64,000 nucleotides of DNA from Verrucomicrobiia bacterium (lineage in GTDB: Bacteria > Verrucomicrobiota > Verrucomicrobiia > Limisphaerales > UBA11358), in assembly GCA_031290985.1 (NCBI GenBank), contig JARLJW010000086.1, positions 845 to 64,844 on the forward strand, given 5' to 3'. Both the position numbers and the translations under genes were made by a program. Below the pieces are notes generated by a model. That model searched no databases. It was not told the origin of the DNA and saw only the letters and a list, made by a program, of their open reading frames with translations. Below, piece by piece: positions 36,645 to 47,117 of this stretch (the first letter of the stretch is position 1; every line of letters starts with the position of its first letter).

Positions 36645-38618
36645 CTACCGCATCGCCAAAAAGCCCACCAGCGTGCACGCAATCGCGATGAACGCCGCCA
36701 CCAGCGATTCCCCGGCGACCAACCCCGACGCAATCGGGATCGCGTAGGTGTCCGCATTCTTCGTGTACATGCCACGCCAGACCCTCACAATCAACGCACC
36801 GATGAGGAACGACAGCGCGTTTTGAAACGGAATCACCCAGGCGAGGCCCAGCCCCATCGCCGATGGCAGATACGGTTTCGCCTTTGGAAAGAGAAATTCC
36901 AGCAGGGGCAAAATCATCCCCACCAGCGCGCCGATGACGATGGCGATGAGCGCGGTGTGCGGCAGATGGCTGATGCCCTGCGTGAGCAGGTCGGCGGTGG
37001 CTTTCCACATGTTCGTTGCCGGCGGGTTGAAGGCTTCCAGCGCCGCTTTGGTCGGCACCATCAGATACCATGCCGGCACGATGGCGAGCACGCCGAAGAA
37101 CACGCCGAAAAATTGCGCGAGGAATTGCCGCCGTGGATTCGCGCCCAGCAGGTAGCCGCTTTTCAAATCGGTGAGCAGATCCGCCGAGGCGGCGGCAGCG
37201 GCCGCCGTGGTCCCGGCCGCCATGAGATTCGTGGTGATGACGCCGGACGCGCCCGGCAAAACCGCATAAAGGAGCTGCGTGACCTTGCCCATCGCGCCGA
37301 CGGGGCCCTGGTCGGTGTCACCCGTGACGCGGCAACACACGAGGCACAGCACAAAGGACAACGCCACGGAAACCAGCCCCAGCCAGATGGCGATGTGAAA
37401 GGCGAAGAACTGCACGATGATCAACCCGATGGTGATCGGGATGAGGCCGATGATCAGCCATGAATTCGGCACCTCGACCGCTTCGGCGGGAGTCCGGGCG
37501 ACGTTGCGCTCCTCTTTTTTGAAGATCATGAACGAGCGGGCGACCGTGCGCCAGTTGAACGCCACCTGCGTGAGGCTGGCGAAAACCATCAACGATGTGC
37601 CGCCCCACAACGCCCAGCGCGCGGGATTGAAATTGCCTTCGGGACTCATTTTGAACGAAGGCATCCAGCCCGCGACCCCGGCGTTCGCCGCATCCAGCGC
37701 GACCAGGTGCGGCGCGACGACGTAGTACAGCAGCGCCGAGCCGGCGAACATCGAGAGCGACACGCGCAGGCCCGTGATCATCCCCGCACCGACGAGCATC
37801 ACGCTTGGCTCGAACGCCAGGCCGGCCATTTGCCCGCGCGCCAGCGGATTGAGCCAGCCGGTGAAGTCCCAGGTGTCCGGCAGGTACACCTTGCTGGAAA
37901 ACCATTCCAGCCAGTGCGGCAGGCGGTTTTTCAATTTCAATTGCTCGATCAAGGTGGCGTAGGTATGCAGCAGGCCAATGAGCGCGCCCGCGCCGAGCGC
38001 GATGATCAGCGAGCGGGCTTGCTTCAATGATTCGCCGCTTTTCGAGTAAAGGCTCCGGAGCGTTTCCGCCGTGGCGATGCCGGAGGGAAAACGCAGTTGC
38101 TCGTGGTTGATCATCTGCCGTTTCATCGGGATCGCGAGAAACACCCCCAGCAGCGCGGTAAAAAAAACAAAGGCCGCCGCCACCGGCCACGGTTGATGGA
38201 CGCCGGTGATCAGCAGCAGCGCGCCAATCGCCGTGCCCATCGTCATGCCGGTCGAGGAGCCGGCGGCGGTGGCGGTGGACTGCATGCAGTTGTTTTCCAG
38301 GATGCTCATCCGCGAAAGCTTTCCGCCGAGCAATTTGCAGACGGTGTTCCAGACGACCACCGAGATGACGCAGGCGGTGATGGACACGCCGAAGCTCCAG
38401 CCGATCTTCAGCGTGGTGTAGAGGTTGGAAACGGCCATGAACATGCCGAGGATGCCGCCCATCACCACGGCGCGCACGGTGAGCTGCCGCTGCGAATCGC
38501 CCCGGTAACATTGCTCGTACCACTGCCGGTCCATCTCCTCCGGCGTGCCGGTGAAACCGGCGAGGGGCAGTTCGTATTCCTTTTCCACCGCGGGCTGGGT
38601 TGGCTGGCCTTCGTTCAC
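36645..38618 (-). CDS. OPT family oligopeptide transporter
   Basis: LTVRAVVMG, SNLY..LKIG, ENN..QS, LRFPSG.ATAE, DLKSGYLLG; start uncertain (GTG at 38618). Confidence 0.9.
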   Translation of the reverse strand: MNEGQPTQPAVEKEYELPLAGFTGTPEEMDRQWYEQCYRGDSQRQLTVRAVVMGGILGMFMAVSNLYTTLKIGWSFGVSITACVISVVVWNTVCKLLGGKLSRMSILENNCMQSTATAAGSSTGMTMGTAIGALLLITGVHQPWPVAAAFVFFTALLGVFLAIPMKRQMINHEQLRFPSGIATAETLRSLYSKSGESLKQARSLIIALGAGALIGLLHTYATLIEQLKLKNRLPHWLEWFSSKVYLPDTWDFTGWLNPLARGQMAGLAFEPSVMLVGAGMITGLRVSLSMFAGSALLYYVVAPHLVALDAANAGVAGWMPSFKMSPEGNFNPARWALWGGTSLMVFASLTQVAFNWRTVARSFMIFKKEERNVARTPAEAVEVPNSWLIIGLIPITIGLIIVQFFAFHIAIWLGLVSVALSFVLCLVCCRVTGDTDQGPVGAMGKVTQLLYAVLPGASGVITTNLMAAGTTAAAAAASADLLTDLKSGYLLGANPRRQFLAQFFGVFFGVLAIVPAWYLMVPTKAALEAFNPPATNMWKATADLLTQGISHLPHTALIAIVIGALVGMILPLLEFLFPKAKPYLPSAMGLGLAWVIPFQNALSFLIGALIVRVWRGMYTKNADTYAIPIASGLVAGESLVAAFIAIACTLVGFLAMR

Positions 38619-38676
38619 GCGCCGCAATGTCGGAAATCTCCCGCCCCCATGCGAGCATTTTTTGCGGGGAATCCGG

Positions 38677-39321
38677 CTACCCGACCCCAAAGATCCGGCA
38701 GAACAGTTCCAGCGTGCCGTAAGTCACCGACCACAGGGTCTCGCGAACCTGCGGAATTTGCAGCACCAGAATCACCCCGATGAAACCAAATTGGGCAAAA
38801 CTCGCGTAGGCCTCCCAGGTCATCCCGGTCACCACCCGCATCACATGCGAGCCGTCCAATGGCGGGATGGGGATCAGGTTGAAAAAGCACAGCAGCAAGC
38901 TGATGGTCGCCGCCTTCAAACAAAGTTCCACCAGGGGCATGCAGTTGCTGATCACCCCGACCTTGGCCAGCGCCACCAACCCGACCGCGAGGATCAAATT
39001 CATGCCCGGACCGGCCATCGTCACGAGGATGTCATCAAATTTTTTGTGCCGCAGGTTGTCCGGGTTGACCGGCACCGGCTTCGCCCAGCCGATCATGTAA
39101 CGGTTGATGCTGCCGGGCAGAAACAGCATCAGCAACGGCAGCAACACCGTGCCGATCGGGTCAATATGTACAATGGGATTCAGCGACACCCGGCCCAGCG
39201 ATTTGGCCGTGTCATCACCGCACTTCATGGCCGTCCACGCGTGCCCGAACTCGTGGAACGTCAACAGCCCCACCAGTATCAGATACTGGATCAGGCCGTC
39301 AGCGAGTTGATTAGGATCCAT
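38677..39321 (-). CDS. Site-2 protease family (M50) peptidase
   Basis: HEFGH, AGP, FNLIPIPPLDG. Confidence 0.93.
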   Translation of the reverse strand: MDPNQLADGLIQYLILVGLLTFHEFGHAWTAMKCGDDTAKSLGRVSLNPIVHIDPIGTVLLPLLMLFLPGSINRYMIGWAKPVPVNPDNLRHKKFDDILVTMAGPGMNLILAVGLVALAKVGVISNCMPLVELCLKAATISLLLCFFNLIPIPPLDGSHVMRVVTGMTWEAYASFAQFGFIGVILVLQIPQVRETLWSVTYGTLELFCRIFGVG

Positions 39322-39474
39322 CCGCGAAGGTTAATTCCTCCGCCCCCGCGAGTCGAGACCGGACGCGGTGGAACATTGTTTGAATCAATCCCTCAGCTTG
39401 CCGGAATCGGGAGCCGATGATACGGGCATGTGCCACGGGGGTGATATTGCCAGGCGGACGCCTTGCCGCGTTCG

Positions 39475-39595
39475 AAAGCGCCGTCGCCGCTGCGCTCTGC
39501 CGGCGCAGTCCATGACGGTGTCTGTCATGACGAATGCCACGGTAAACCCGAAAGCGTCATGGACTGCGGCGGGAAGCGCAGCGCCACGCCGCTTT
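39475..39595. repeat. Inverted doublet of TGGACTGC-type REP units
   Basis: Perfect 13-bp inverted repeat gcagtccatgacg / cgtcatggactgc; related single unit at 46877-46916. Confidence 0.7.
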
Positions 39596-39783
39596 TTCGC
39601 CGCCAGCCACCGCCCGCAAATTGCCATTCGTTTGACGACACCTACAAGCACCTTAGCTTAAACCACTTGACGGCATCATAACGCAGGAAGGAGCAAAGGC
39701 AGGGGCTTCGCCCCACCCGTGAATTTTCTTTGCACCATGGCCCCAAAAAGTTTTAACCTTTCGCCCGTTAAACTTATTAATCT

Positions 39784-40554
39784 ATGTCATTGCTCACTGG
39801 AAAAACCGGTATCGTCTTCGGCGTCGCCAACAAACGCTCCATCGCCTGGGCCATCGCCCAGGCCTGGGCCCGCGAGGGCGCCAAACTCGCCTTCACCTAC
39901 CAGGGCGAACGCGTCCGGGAAAATGTGGAGGACCTCGCCGGCACGTTCGGCAGTGACACTTTGATCCTGCCGTGCGACGTCACCAAGGATGAGGACATCG
40001 CCCGCGTGTTCAGCGAGGTCGGCGCCAAGTTCGGCAAACTGAACCTGCTGCTGCACTCCGTCGCCTACGCGCCGAAAGACGCCTTGGAAGGCAGGTTTGT
40101 GGACACCAGCCGCGAAGCGTACCGCGTCGCGCACGATGTCAGCGCCTACTCGCTCGTCGCGCTCTCCCGCGCCGCCGCCCCGTTGATGACCGATGGCGGC
40201 AGCATCGTGGCCATGAGCTATTACGGCGCGGAAAAGGTCGTGCCGCACTACAATGTCATGGGCGTCGCCAAGGCGTCGCTCGAAGCCACCACGCGCTACC
40301 TCGCCTACGATTTGGGTCCGCAGAAGATCCGCGTGAACTGCATCAGCGCCGGCCCGGTCAACACGCTCGCGGCGCGCGGCATCGCCGGCTTCATGGACAT
40401 GCTCAAGCATTACGAGGCCCATGCCCCGCTGAAGCGCAATGTCACCCCCGAGGAACTCGGCGCCTCCGGCGTCTTCCTGGCCAGCGACGGCGCGGCGGCG
40501 ATCACCGGGCAGGTCATCTACGTGGACGGCGGTTATCAGATCATGGGGATGTGA
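39784..40554 (+). CDS. fabI: Enoyl-ACP reductase
   Basis: GVANKRSIAW, HSVAYAP, SAYSL, YNVMGVAKASLE, ISAGP..TLAA. Confidence 0.96.
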   Translation: MSLLTGKTGIVFGVANKRSIAWAIAQAWAREGAKLAFTYQGERVRENVEDLAGTFGSDTLILPCDVTKDEDIARVFSEVGAKFGKLNLLLHSVAYAPKDALEGRFVDTSREAYRVAHDVSAYSLVALSRAAAPLMTDGGSIVAMSYYGAEKVVPHYNVMGVAKASLEATTRYLAYDLGPQKIRVNCISAGPVNTLAARGIAGFMDMLKHYEAHAPLKRNVTPEELGASGVFLASDGAAAITGQVIYVDGGYQIMGM

Positions 40555-41843
40555 GCAAGGCGCCGAAACAACCGGCTCCGCTGGCTTTCGGTCATCCGCC
40601 CGAAACGATTGAATTCTGGAAGCGCCTTGCTCGCGAGGCGCTTTCGCTTTCCACCCCCACGCCGTTTTACATTTGCTCCGCCCTGCCCATCGCGGAACGG
40701 ATTGCGGAACTGGATGCGGCGCTGGTCGCCGCCGGGTTCGCGCAGAAGGCCAAAAATCCGAAGCAAAAAATTTCCTTCCAGCACTGGCTTTCGTGCAAAA
40801 CCCAGCCGGTCGCCCCCCTGCTCCGCTGGTGGCGCAGCCAGGATCGGCCCATCGAGGTCGTCAGCGAATTCGAGCTGCGCGCCGCGCTGGCCGAAGGCTT
40901 TGCGCCTGAGAACATCCTCATCAACGGCCCGGCCAAACATCGCTGGCTGCCGCGTTTTGAGCAGCGCGGGCTCTCCGTGAATTTCGATTCACCCGCCGAA
41001 CTTGCCGCCCTGCTGCCGCTGGCCAAGGCACTGGACTGGCGCTGTGGCGTCCGCATTTTGACCCCGGAGGAATTCGACCCGGAAAATCCGCAGTTCCCCA
41101 CCCAATTTGGGTTCACACCGGATGAGGCCGTCATCGCGCTCAAGAAACTGCTGCGCGCCAAGGTTCGCATCGAAACGGTGCACTTTCACCTGCGCACGAA
41201 CATCCCTTCCGTCGCCATCTACGAGCGGACCATCGGCGAGGTGGCGGCGATTTGCCGCGCGGCCAAATTCAGCCCGCGCCATCTCGACATCGGCGGCGGC
41301 CTGCCGGTGCGGCATGTATTGTCACGCAGCAGCAAAGTTTACGACGGTGAATTTGGCCTGCGTTCCTTCGCCCGGATGCTGCGGCAATCGGCCAAGCTGT
41401 TCCCCGACCTGCGCGAAGTGTGGCTGGAAAACGGCCGTTTCATCAGCGCCAGCAGCGGCGTGCTCGTGGTGAAAATCCTCGATGTGAAGGAACGGGGCGG
41501 CCTGCGTCAGCTCATCTGCGACAGCGGTCGGACCATGAACGCCATGACTTCGCTCTGGGAGCAGCACGAACTGCTGCCGCTGGCCGCCCAGTCCGGCAAG
41601 CCGGCCCTGACCACGGTCTACGGCCCCACGTGCATGGCCTTTGATCAACTCGCACGGATTCCCCTGCCCCGTTCGCTGCGCGCGGGGGACCATCTCCTCT
41701 GGTTGGAAGCCGGCGCGTACCATATTCCCTGGGAAATGCGCTTCTCCCATGGCCACGCCGCCGTGGTGTGGCACGATGGAAACGGTTTACGTCACGCCCG
41801 CGAACAACAGAGTTTTGAAAATTGGTGGGGGCAGTGGGGGTGA
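40551..41843 (+). CDS. PLP-dependent Orn/DAP/Arg decarboxylase-family protein (divergent LysA-like)
   Basis: SCKTQ, EVVS..E, INGP.K, HFH, DIGGG, ENGR, GPTC, GAY; GTGA overlap with fabI. Confidence 0.8.
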   Translation: MSKAPKQPAPLAFGHPPETIEFWKRLAREALSLSTPTPFYICSALPIAERIAELDAALVAAGFAQKAKNPKQKISFQHWLSCKTQPVAPLLRWWRSQDRPIEVVSEFELRAALAEGFAPENILINGPAKHRWLPRFEQRGLSVNFDSPAELAALLPLAKALDWRCGVRILTPEEFDPENPQFPTQFGFTPDEAVIALKKLLRAKVRIETVHFHLRTNIPSVAIYERTIGEVAAICRAAKFSPRHLDIGGGLPVRHVLSRSSKVYDGEFGLRSFARMLRQSAKLFPDLREVWLENGRFISASSGVLVVKILDVKERGGLRQLICDSGRTMNAMTSLWEQHELLPLAAQSGKPALTTVYGPTCMAFDQLARIPLPRSLRAGDHLLWLEAGAYHIPWEMRFSHGHAAVVWHDGNGLRHAREQQSFENWWGQWG

Positions 41844-41908
41844 GTGTAATCTTTCGCGCGTTTCAGGTGCAGGGAATTTTCATCGGTGACGGCATTGCCA
41901 AGGTTTTT

Positions 41909-41960
41909 TCCGGGCGGCAGGGATGCCGCCCTCTACGGCAGGCAGGATGCCTGCCTCTAC
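41909..41960 (-). repeat. GTAG-type REP hairpin pair
   Basis: Reverse strand GTAGaggcaggcatcctgcctgccGTAGagggcggcatccctgccgccc; matches 29121. Confidence 0.75.
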
Positions 41961-41963
41961 AGC

Positions 41964-42566
41964 CTATTTCGGCCGGATCATCTCGAACCGCTCGGTGGTC
42001 TTGCAATACCAGTGCGGCGAGGCCATGCGGCCGATGGTCTTCAACTTATCCGTGTTGATGCGCTTCTTCTCCGCGTCAAACAATTCATCGCGCACATGCA
42101 GCCGCTTGATGAGGCCGATGACCACGCGGTTGCCGCCGATCTGCAGCGTCCCCCACTCCACACATTCCAAACTCGCCGGGGACTCCGTGATGCGCGGCGG
42201 TTTCACCACGGACGACGGGGACGCGCGGAGGCCGGCACGGGTCAGTTCGCTTTCCCCGTAAGGCAGCGTTGCCGCGCACTGGTTCATCGCCTCGGCAATG
42301 GACTCATCCACCAGGTTCACCACGAATTCATGCAGGGACCGGATGTTGCGCGCGGTGTCCTTGGGCGTGCCGTCGTCGCGGTCGCCCGGCGCAAACGCGC
42401 AAATGGGCGGATTGGCCCCCAGCAGGTTGAAGAAGCTGAACGGCGCGGCGTTCACCGAACCGTCGGCGCTGAGGGTCGTCACGAGCGCGATGGGCCGCGG
42501 CGTGACGAGGCTGGCAAGGATCGGATAAGCGCGGTCGGCGTATTCTTTTTCGAGATCAAGTTCCAT
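41964..42566 (-). CDS. Flavin reductase family (DIM6/NTAB) protein
   Basis: VTPRPIALVTT, NAAPFSFF, KDTARNI, EFVVN. Confidence 0.9.
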   Translation of the reverse strand: MELDLEKEYADRAYPILASLVTPRPIALVTTLSADGSVNAAPFSFFNLLGANPPICAFAPGDRDDGTPKDTARNIRSLHEFVVNLVDESIAEAMNQCAATLPYGESELTRAGLRASPSSVVKPPRITESPASLECVEWGTLQIGGNRVVIGLIKRLHVRDELFDAEKKRINTDKLKTIGRMASPHWYCKTTERFEMIRPK

Positions 42567-42584
42567 AAATCAAAGCAGTTAAAA

Positions 42585-43880
42585 TCAATCCAGTTTGAGT
42601 TTCGCCACGTAAGCGCCGTCCACGCCATCGTCAAACGGCAGCAACTGGCGTTCGGATTCCAGTTTGAAGTTTTGGTTCGCGACGAGAAATTGCTTCACCA
42701 CCTCCGAATTTTCCTCCGCTTCGAGGCTGCACGTGCTGTAAACCAGCACGCCGCCGGGCTGCAAGGCGGGCGCGGCCTGATTGAGCAGGTTTAGCTGCGT
42801 CGCCCGCAGGCGTTCGATCTCGGTGGACTGGATGCGCCAGCGCAGGTCCACGCGCCGGCGCATCACGCCGGTGTTCGAGCATGGCGCATCGATCAAGATG
42901 CGGTTGAAGGAGGCAGGCTGGAGGCTGAAGTTTTCCTTCACCGCGGTTTCCACATTCGTCACGCCCAGGCGCGCGCAATTGTCCTTCACCAGCTTCAGCC
43001 GGAGCGTGTCGAGATCGCACGCGACAATCCTGCCCTCGTTGTTCATCTGCTGGGCAAGGAAGGTGGTTTTGCCGCCGGGGGCGGCGCACAGGTCCAAAAT
43101 CATTTCCCCGGGTTGCGCGCCGAGCACAGCCGGCGCCAGCAGCGTGCTGGGATCCTGCAAATAAAACCAGCCATCACGAAAACTGCCGAGGGAATGCAGC
43201 GACGGATGCGACTTCAATTCAAACACCAGGTTCTCGCCGGTCCAGTCGCGCGTGGCCAAATCAGATTCCACTTTTTCCTCGCGCCAGCGTTCGATCAACC
43301 GGGCGGCGTCCGCCTTGAGGGTGTTGAGGCGGGCAAAGGTTTTCGGCGGGGTATTGTTCCACTCGAGCAGTTTCAAGGTTTTCTCGAGGCCAAAACGTTG
43401 CCGCCACTTCTCGACGAGCCATTCGGGATGCGACCAGCCGAGCGCCGGCTGGGAAACCTTCATGTCCGCGAGGATCTTCCGAATCTCGTCCGTCTCGCGG
43501 AGGTAGCCGCGCAGCACCGCGTTGATGAAGCCGGCCTGCGTGTGGTAACCGGCGCGCTTGGCTAGTTCGACGGTCTCATGGACGGCGGCGTGCGGCGGGA
43601 TGCGGTCGAGCCAGAAAATCTGGTAAAGGCCCAGCCGCAGGAGGTTTTGCATGGCGGGACGCTGTTCCCGGCCGGGCGTGGTTTTGCGGGCGATCAGGCA
43701 GTCGAGCGTCGCCTGCCAGCGGACGACGCCGCAAACGAGCTCATGGCAGAGGCCGCGGTCGGCCGGCGAAAAGCGGGCCATGGCCAGCGCCGTTTCGAGC
43801 AAATGCTCAGTGAATTCAGAGCTGTTCAGCCGTTGCGATAAAACTCGGGCCGCAATTTGTCTTGGATTTTGGACGTTCAA
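42585..43880 (-). CDS. rsmB: 16S rRNA m5C967 methyltransferase
   Basis: NusB-like N-terminus; LDLCAAPGGKT, DAPCS, YSTCS. Confidence 0.92.
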   Translation of the reverse strand: MNVQNPRQIAARVLSQRLNSSEFTEHLLETALAMARFSPADRGLCHELVCGVVRWQATLDCLIARKTTPGREQRPAMQNLLRLGLYQIFWLDRIPPHAAVHETVELAKRAGYHTQAGFINAVLRGYLRETDEIRKILADMKVSQPALGWSHPEWLVEKWRQRFGLEKTLKLLEWNNTPPKTFARLNTLKADAARLIERWREEKVESDLATRDWTGENLVFELKSHPSLHSLGSFRDGWFYLQDPSTLLAPAVLGAQPGEMILDLCAAPGGKTTFLAQQMNNEGRIVACDLDTLRLKLVKDNCARLGVTNVETAVKENFSLQPASFNRILIDAPCSNTGVMRRRVDLRWRIQSTEIERLRATQLNLLNQAAPALQPGGVLVYSTCSLEAEENSEVVKQFLVANQNFKLESERQLLPFDDGVDGAYVAKLKLD

Positions 43881-43931
43881 TTCGTTTAATGTGAGAAACC
43901 TGATTTCGGGACGCGAGACAAAAAACTAATT

Positions 43932-45773
43932 ATGAGAGAAGAATTCGAAAAACTGGCGGCGGCAGGGAAGATCGAGGGCAAGCACGTCGAACCCCTCACC
44001 CATCTTGTGGAAGGTGGTTGCTGTTCCCACCGTAGCTGGGGTTTTGGCAAGATCAAGGCGGTGGACACCGTCTTTGCACGTTTCACCATCGATTTCCCCG
44101 GCAAGTCCGGCCACACGATGGATCTGTCATTCGCCGCGGAGCAACTCAAGGCGATTCCAAAGGACCATATCCTTGCCCGGAAGGCCGCGGACATCGAAGC
44201 CGTGCGCCATCTGGCCGCGCATCATCTGGACCTCATCAAGCTCGTGCTCAACAGCTTTGGTGGCAAGGCGACCGCCGACCAGATCCAGGCCTCGCTGGTG
44301 CCGGATGTCATCCGCGACGATTGGAAAAAATGGTGGGAAACCGCCAAGCGCGAGATGAAAAAGGACGGCCATTTCATCGTGCCGACGAAAAAGACCGAGC
44401 CGGTCGTTTATCAGGCGCAGGAAACCTCCCTGCAAGACCGCGTCCTCACCGATTTCCGCGCGGCGAAAGGTTTGAAGGCCCGCATCCTCGTCGTGGCGGA
44501 GATCATCAAGGCCGCGCCGGACCTGAAGGACAAGTATGCGGCGGCAAACGAAGTTGTCTCGGCCTTGAACGCCGACATCGCCTCGTATCAACGCACGCAG
44601 CCCGCGGTGGCCCTGGAGGCGATTTTTGCCCGCGATGAATTGCGCCACGAGACGGGCGCCCAGCCGGTGGCCGGTGAAGTCACCGCCGCCCAGATCTGGT
44701 CGCAGGACGGCATCAAGTTTGGCCCGCTGCTGGAGGCCATCCCCGCCGCCAAACACCATCGCGCCCTGGAATCCTTCAAGACCGCCAACCCGGAGAAATG
44801 GCCGGAAGTGCTGCGCGCCGCCATGAACCTGGTTTCCGCCAAGCTTGCGAAGGAGATCGCCAATTTGCTCATCAGCAACGGCATGCTGGACCAGCTCAAA
44901 GAGACCATGGCCCGGCTGATCAACCAGCACGGCGCCAGCAGCGAACTGCTGTTGTGGTTCGGCAAGGAACAGGTGCGCAATGAAGATTTCGTGGAGATCC
45001 TCGGGCCCGAAGTTTTCCGCGCCATGTTGTCCGCGATGGAGCGCGACCAGTTCAATGAGAAGCGCTCGAACCGCCTGCGCGATTTCATCCTGGAAGACCA
45101 GGCGTTGATCGCGGCACTGACGGCGACCGCCGACATCGAGATCGTGAAGGATCTGACCCGCGCCCTGAAGCTCTCGCCCGTGTTTGACGACATGGACAAG
45201 CGCTCGCTGCTCGCCCGGCTCGTGAAGGCCCACCCGGCGGTGCAGTCGCTCGTCAGCGGCGAACAGACCAAGCAGGAGGCCACGCTCATCGTCTCGTGGG
45301 AAAGCCTCGAACGCCGGCGCGTGGAATATCAGGACATCGTCGAGAAGAAGATTCCGGCGAACTCCAAGGAGATCGCCATCGCGCGCAGCTACGGCGACTT
45401 GCGCGAGAACCACGAATACAAGGCCGCCAAGGAAATGCAGAAGATCCTCATGCGCCAGAAGGAAGACCTGGAAGCCGCGCTCAACCGCGCGCGCGGCGCC
45501 GATTTCACCAACGTGAGCACCGAGATCGTCGCCCCGGGCACCATCGTCCAGGTCACGGACCTGCAATCGAACCACGTCGAGACCTTCACCATTCTCGGCG
45601 CCTGGGATTCCGATCCCGACAAGGGCATCATCAGCTATCTCACCCCGGTGGCGATGGCCCTCGCGAACCACAAGGCCGGCGACGAGGTGGACATCGAGAT
45701 GCACGGCCAGAAACGCCGCCAGCGCATCGACAAGATCACCGCCTGGAAAACGGTGGCCGAACCGGCCGCCTGA
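43932..45773 (+). CDS. greA: Transcription elongation factor GreA with a long N-terminal extension
   Basis: IAIARSYGDLRENHEYKAAK, LGAWDSDP..IISY.TP.A. Confidence 0.9.
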   Translation: MREEFEKLAAAGKIEGKHVEPLTHLVEGGCCSHRSWGFGKIKAVDTVFARFTIDFPGKSGHTMDLSFAAEQLKAIPKDHILARKAADIEAVRHLAAHHLDLIKLVLNSFGGKATADQIQASLVPDVIRDDWKKWWETAKREMKKDGHFIVPTKKTEPVVYQAQETSLQDRVLTDFRAAKGLKARILVVAEIIKAAPDLKDKYAAANEVVSALNADIASYQRTQPAVALEAIFARDELRHETGAQPVAGEVTAAQIWSQDGIKFGPLLEAIPAAKHHRALESFKTANPEKWPEVLRAAMNLVSAKLAKEIANLLISNGMLDQLKETMARLINQHGASSELLLWFGKEQVRNEDFVEILGPEVFRAMLSAMERDQFNEKRSNRLRDFILEDQALIAALTATADIEIVKDLTRALKLSPVFDDMDKRSLLARLVKAHPAVQSLVSGEQTKQEATLIVSWESLERRRVEYQDIVEKKIPANSKEIAIARSYGDLRENHEYKAAKEMQKILMRQKEDLEAALNRARGADFTNVSTEIVAPGTIVQVTDLQSNHVETFTILGAWDSDPDKGIISYLTPVAMALANHKAGDEVDIEMHGQKRRQRIDKITAWKTVAEPAA

Positions 45774-45787
45774 TTGATCTCAAAAGC

Positions 45788-45828
45788 AAAACCGGAAGCG
45801 GGATTTTAATCCTGCTTCCGGTTTTTTT
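45788..45828 (+). terminator. Rho-independent terminator after greA
   Basis: aaaccggaagcgggatt-tt-aatcctgcttccggttttttt. Confidence 0.88.
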
Positions 45829-45923
45829 ATTTGCCAAGGCGGGTTCTCAAAATCCCGCAAACCCCGGCTTCCGTCCAAAAGGATGAGTGCGTTCGCGAAT
45901 TTCCCGCGGCCGGGCTCGCGAAA

Positions 45924-45952
45924 GTTGCTGCGCCCGGGGACGGGCGCACTCC
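45924..45952 (-). repeat. GGAG-type REP hairpin
   Basis: Reverse strand GGAGtgcgcccgtccccgggcgcagcaac. Confidence 0.6.
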
Positions 45953-46047
45953 GTGTTTGAAAACAGGCCCGGTTACGATATCAGACTTGCGGGCGCGCCG
46001 GCTTGAGCCGATGCGCCCGTAAATGGTAAATCAAAAATCGTAAAGGT

Positions 46048-46491
46048 TCAGGCCTTGCCGCCGAAGGTCACATAGTCGTCCATGTCCAGGACATCGAACC
46101 AAGAGGTGATGTCCTCGCGGTCGGGCGCGCCGGCCTTGTGGATGCCGTTGAGATATTCGCGGCCATCCGGATTGTTCGGCGCACGGTTTTCCTGCCAGTT
46201 GGTCCAGGCGATGATTTCCGGCGTTGTGCGTTTATGCTTGGCGTGCTTGTTGATCCAGGCCAGGACTTCCGTGTCGCTCTTGCCAAGTTCTTTTTTCAAC
46301 GCCTCGGGATCGATGCCCGCGAAGTCCAGGAACGCCTGGTCGAGCGGACAGGCATAGTGATATTCGCCATTTTTGCCGGCGAGCGTCGCGCGGCCCTTGT
46401 CGAGCATCCGCGGCAGGATGACATAGCCGCCGAGCCGCACCCGCGGACTGCGGGGCGGATATTTGGTCAGATCAGGTGTGTTCAATGACAT
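46048..46491 (-). CDS. DUF5069-like protein
   Basis: DLTK.PPRSPR.RLGGY.ILPRMLDKGRA, YHYACPLD. Confidence 0.8.
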   Translation of the reverse strand: MSLNTPDLTKYPPRSPRVRLGGYVILPRMLDKGRATLAGKNGEYHYACPLDQAFLDFAGIDPEALKKELGKSDTEVLAWINKHAKHKRTTPEIIAWTNWQENRAPNNPDGREYLNGIHKAGAPDREDITSWFDVLDMDDYVTFGGKA

Positions 46492-46552
46492 AATTTTATT
46501 CGGTTTAACGTTTAACTGTCGCCTTTCTGATGCGACAAAACCCAAAATGCAC

Positions 46553-46582
46553 TGAAAATGGTGAATTGCAAGGGGCGCGTAA
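46553..46582 (+). repeat. 30-bp direct repeat, copy 1
   Basis: 29/30 identical to 47407-47436. Confidence 0.85.
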
Positions 46583-47076
46583 CAATGATTTGTCCGTTTT
46601 TTATTTTGGGGGTTGGACAGCCTTTGTCCAACCGGGTGTGACAGGATGGAGGCGTGAACATGAAATTTGAAACCGGACCTTGCGGACGGCCACCATGACG
46701 GAGGGCGGACGACAGCCTGTCTTTAGCCTGGGATAGGGATGCCCTCGTCACACTATTGATGGCGGGCCAAGCCCAGTCAACAAACCCGGTCAAACCAGTT
46801 TTTGGACCGGGAGTGCAGGTTGAACATTAAAGGCAACAGTGAATCTGGCTGCATCTGAATGCGCAGGTTGCAGACAAAAGCGGCGTTGCCGCTATCGCTC
46901 TGCCGCCGCAGTCCATGATGATTATGGGCATGGCGTTGCCGGTGATTATTTGATGAGCCGGGAATGGCCACGCCATAAAATGCCCGCCGTGCGGGGTCCG
47001 TGCCGGACGGGCACCACGTCGCAGTGCGGCCTTGTCCACCTTTGTGAGCAACCTCAAACAGGCCGAAAACATTGGG

Positions 47077-47117
47077 AATCCAACCAAATCCAACCAAATC
47101 CAAGTAAATCCAACCAA
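47077..47117 (+). repeat. 10-bp tandem repeat (AATCCAACCA), about 4 copies
   Basis: aatccaacca aatccaacca aatccaagta aatccaacca. Confidence 0.85.

Noticed and set aside
43932-45773. Very long GreA as a novelty
   Set aside because: N-terminally extended GreA is already known from Chlamydiae, spirochaetes and related lineages.
46660-46832. RBS-preceded short ORF with an internal TGA (possible recoding)
   Set aside because: No recognisable protein on readthrough and no SECIS-like evidence.
47077-47117. Tandem repeat as a possible CRISPR array
   Set aside because: 10-bp units with no spacers and no cas genes.
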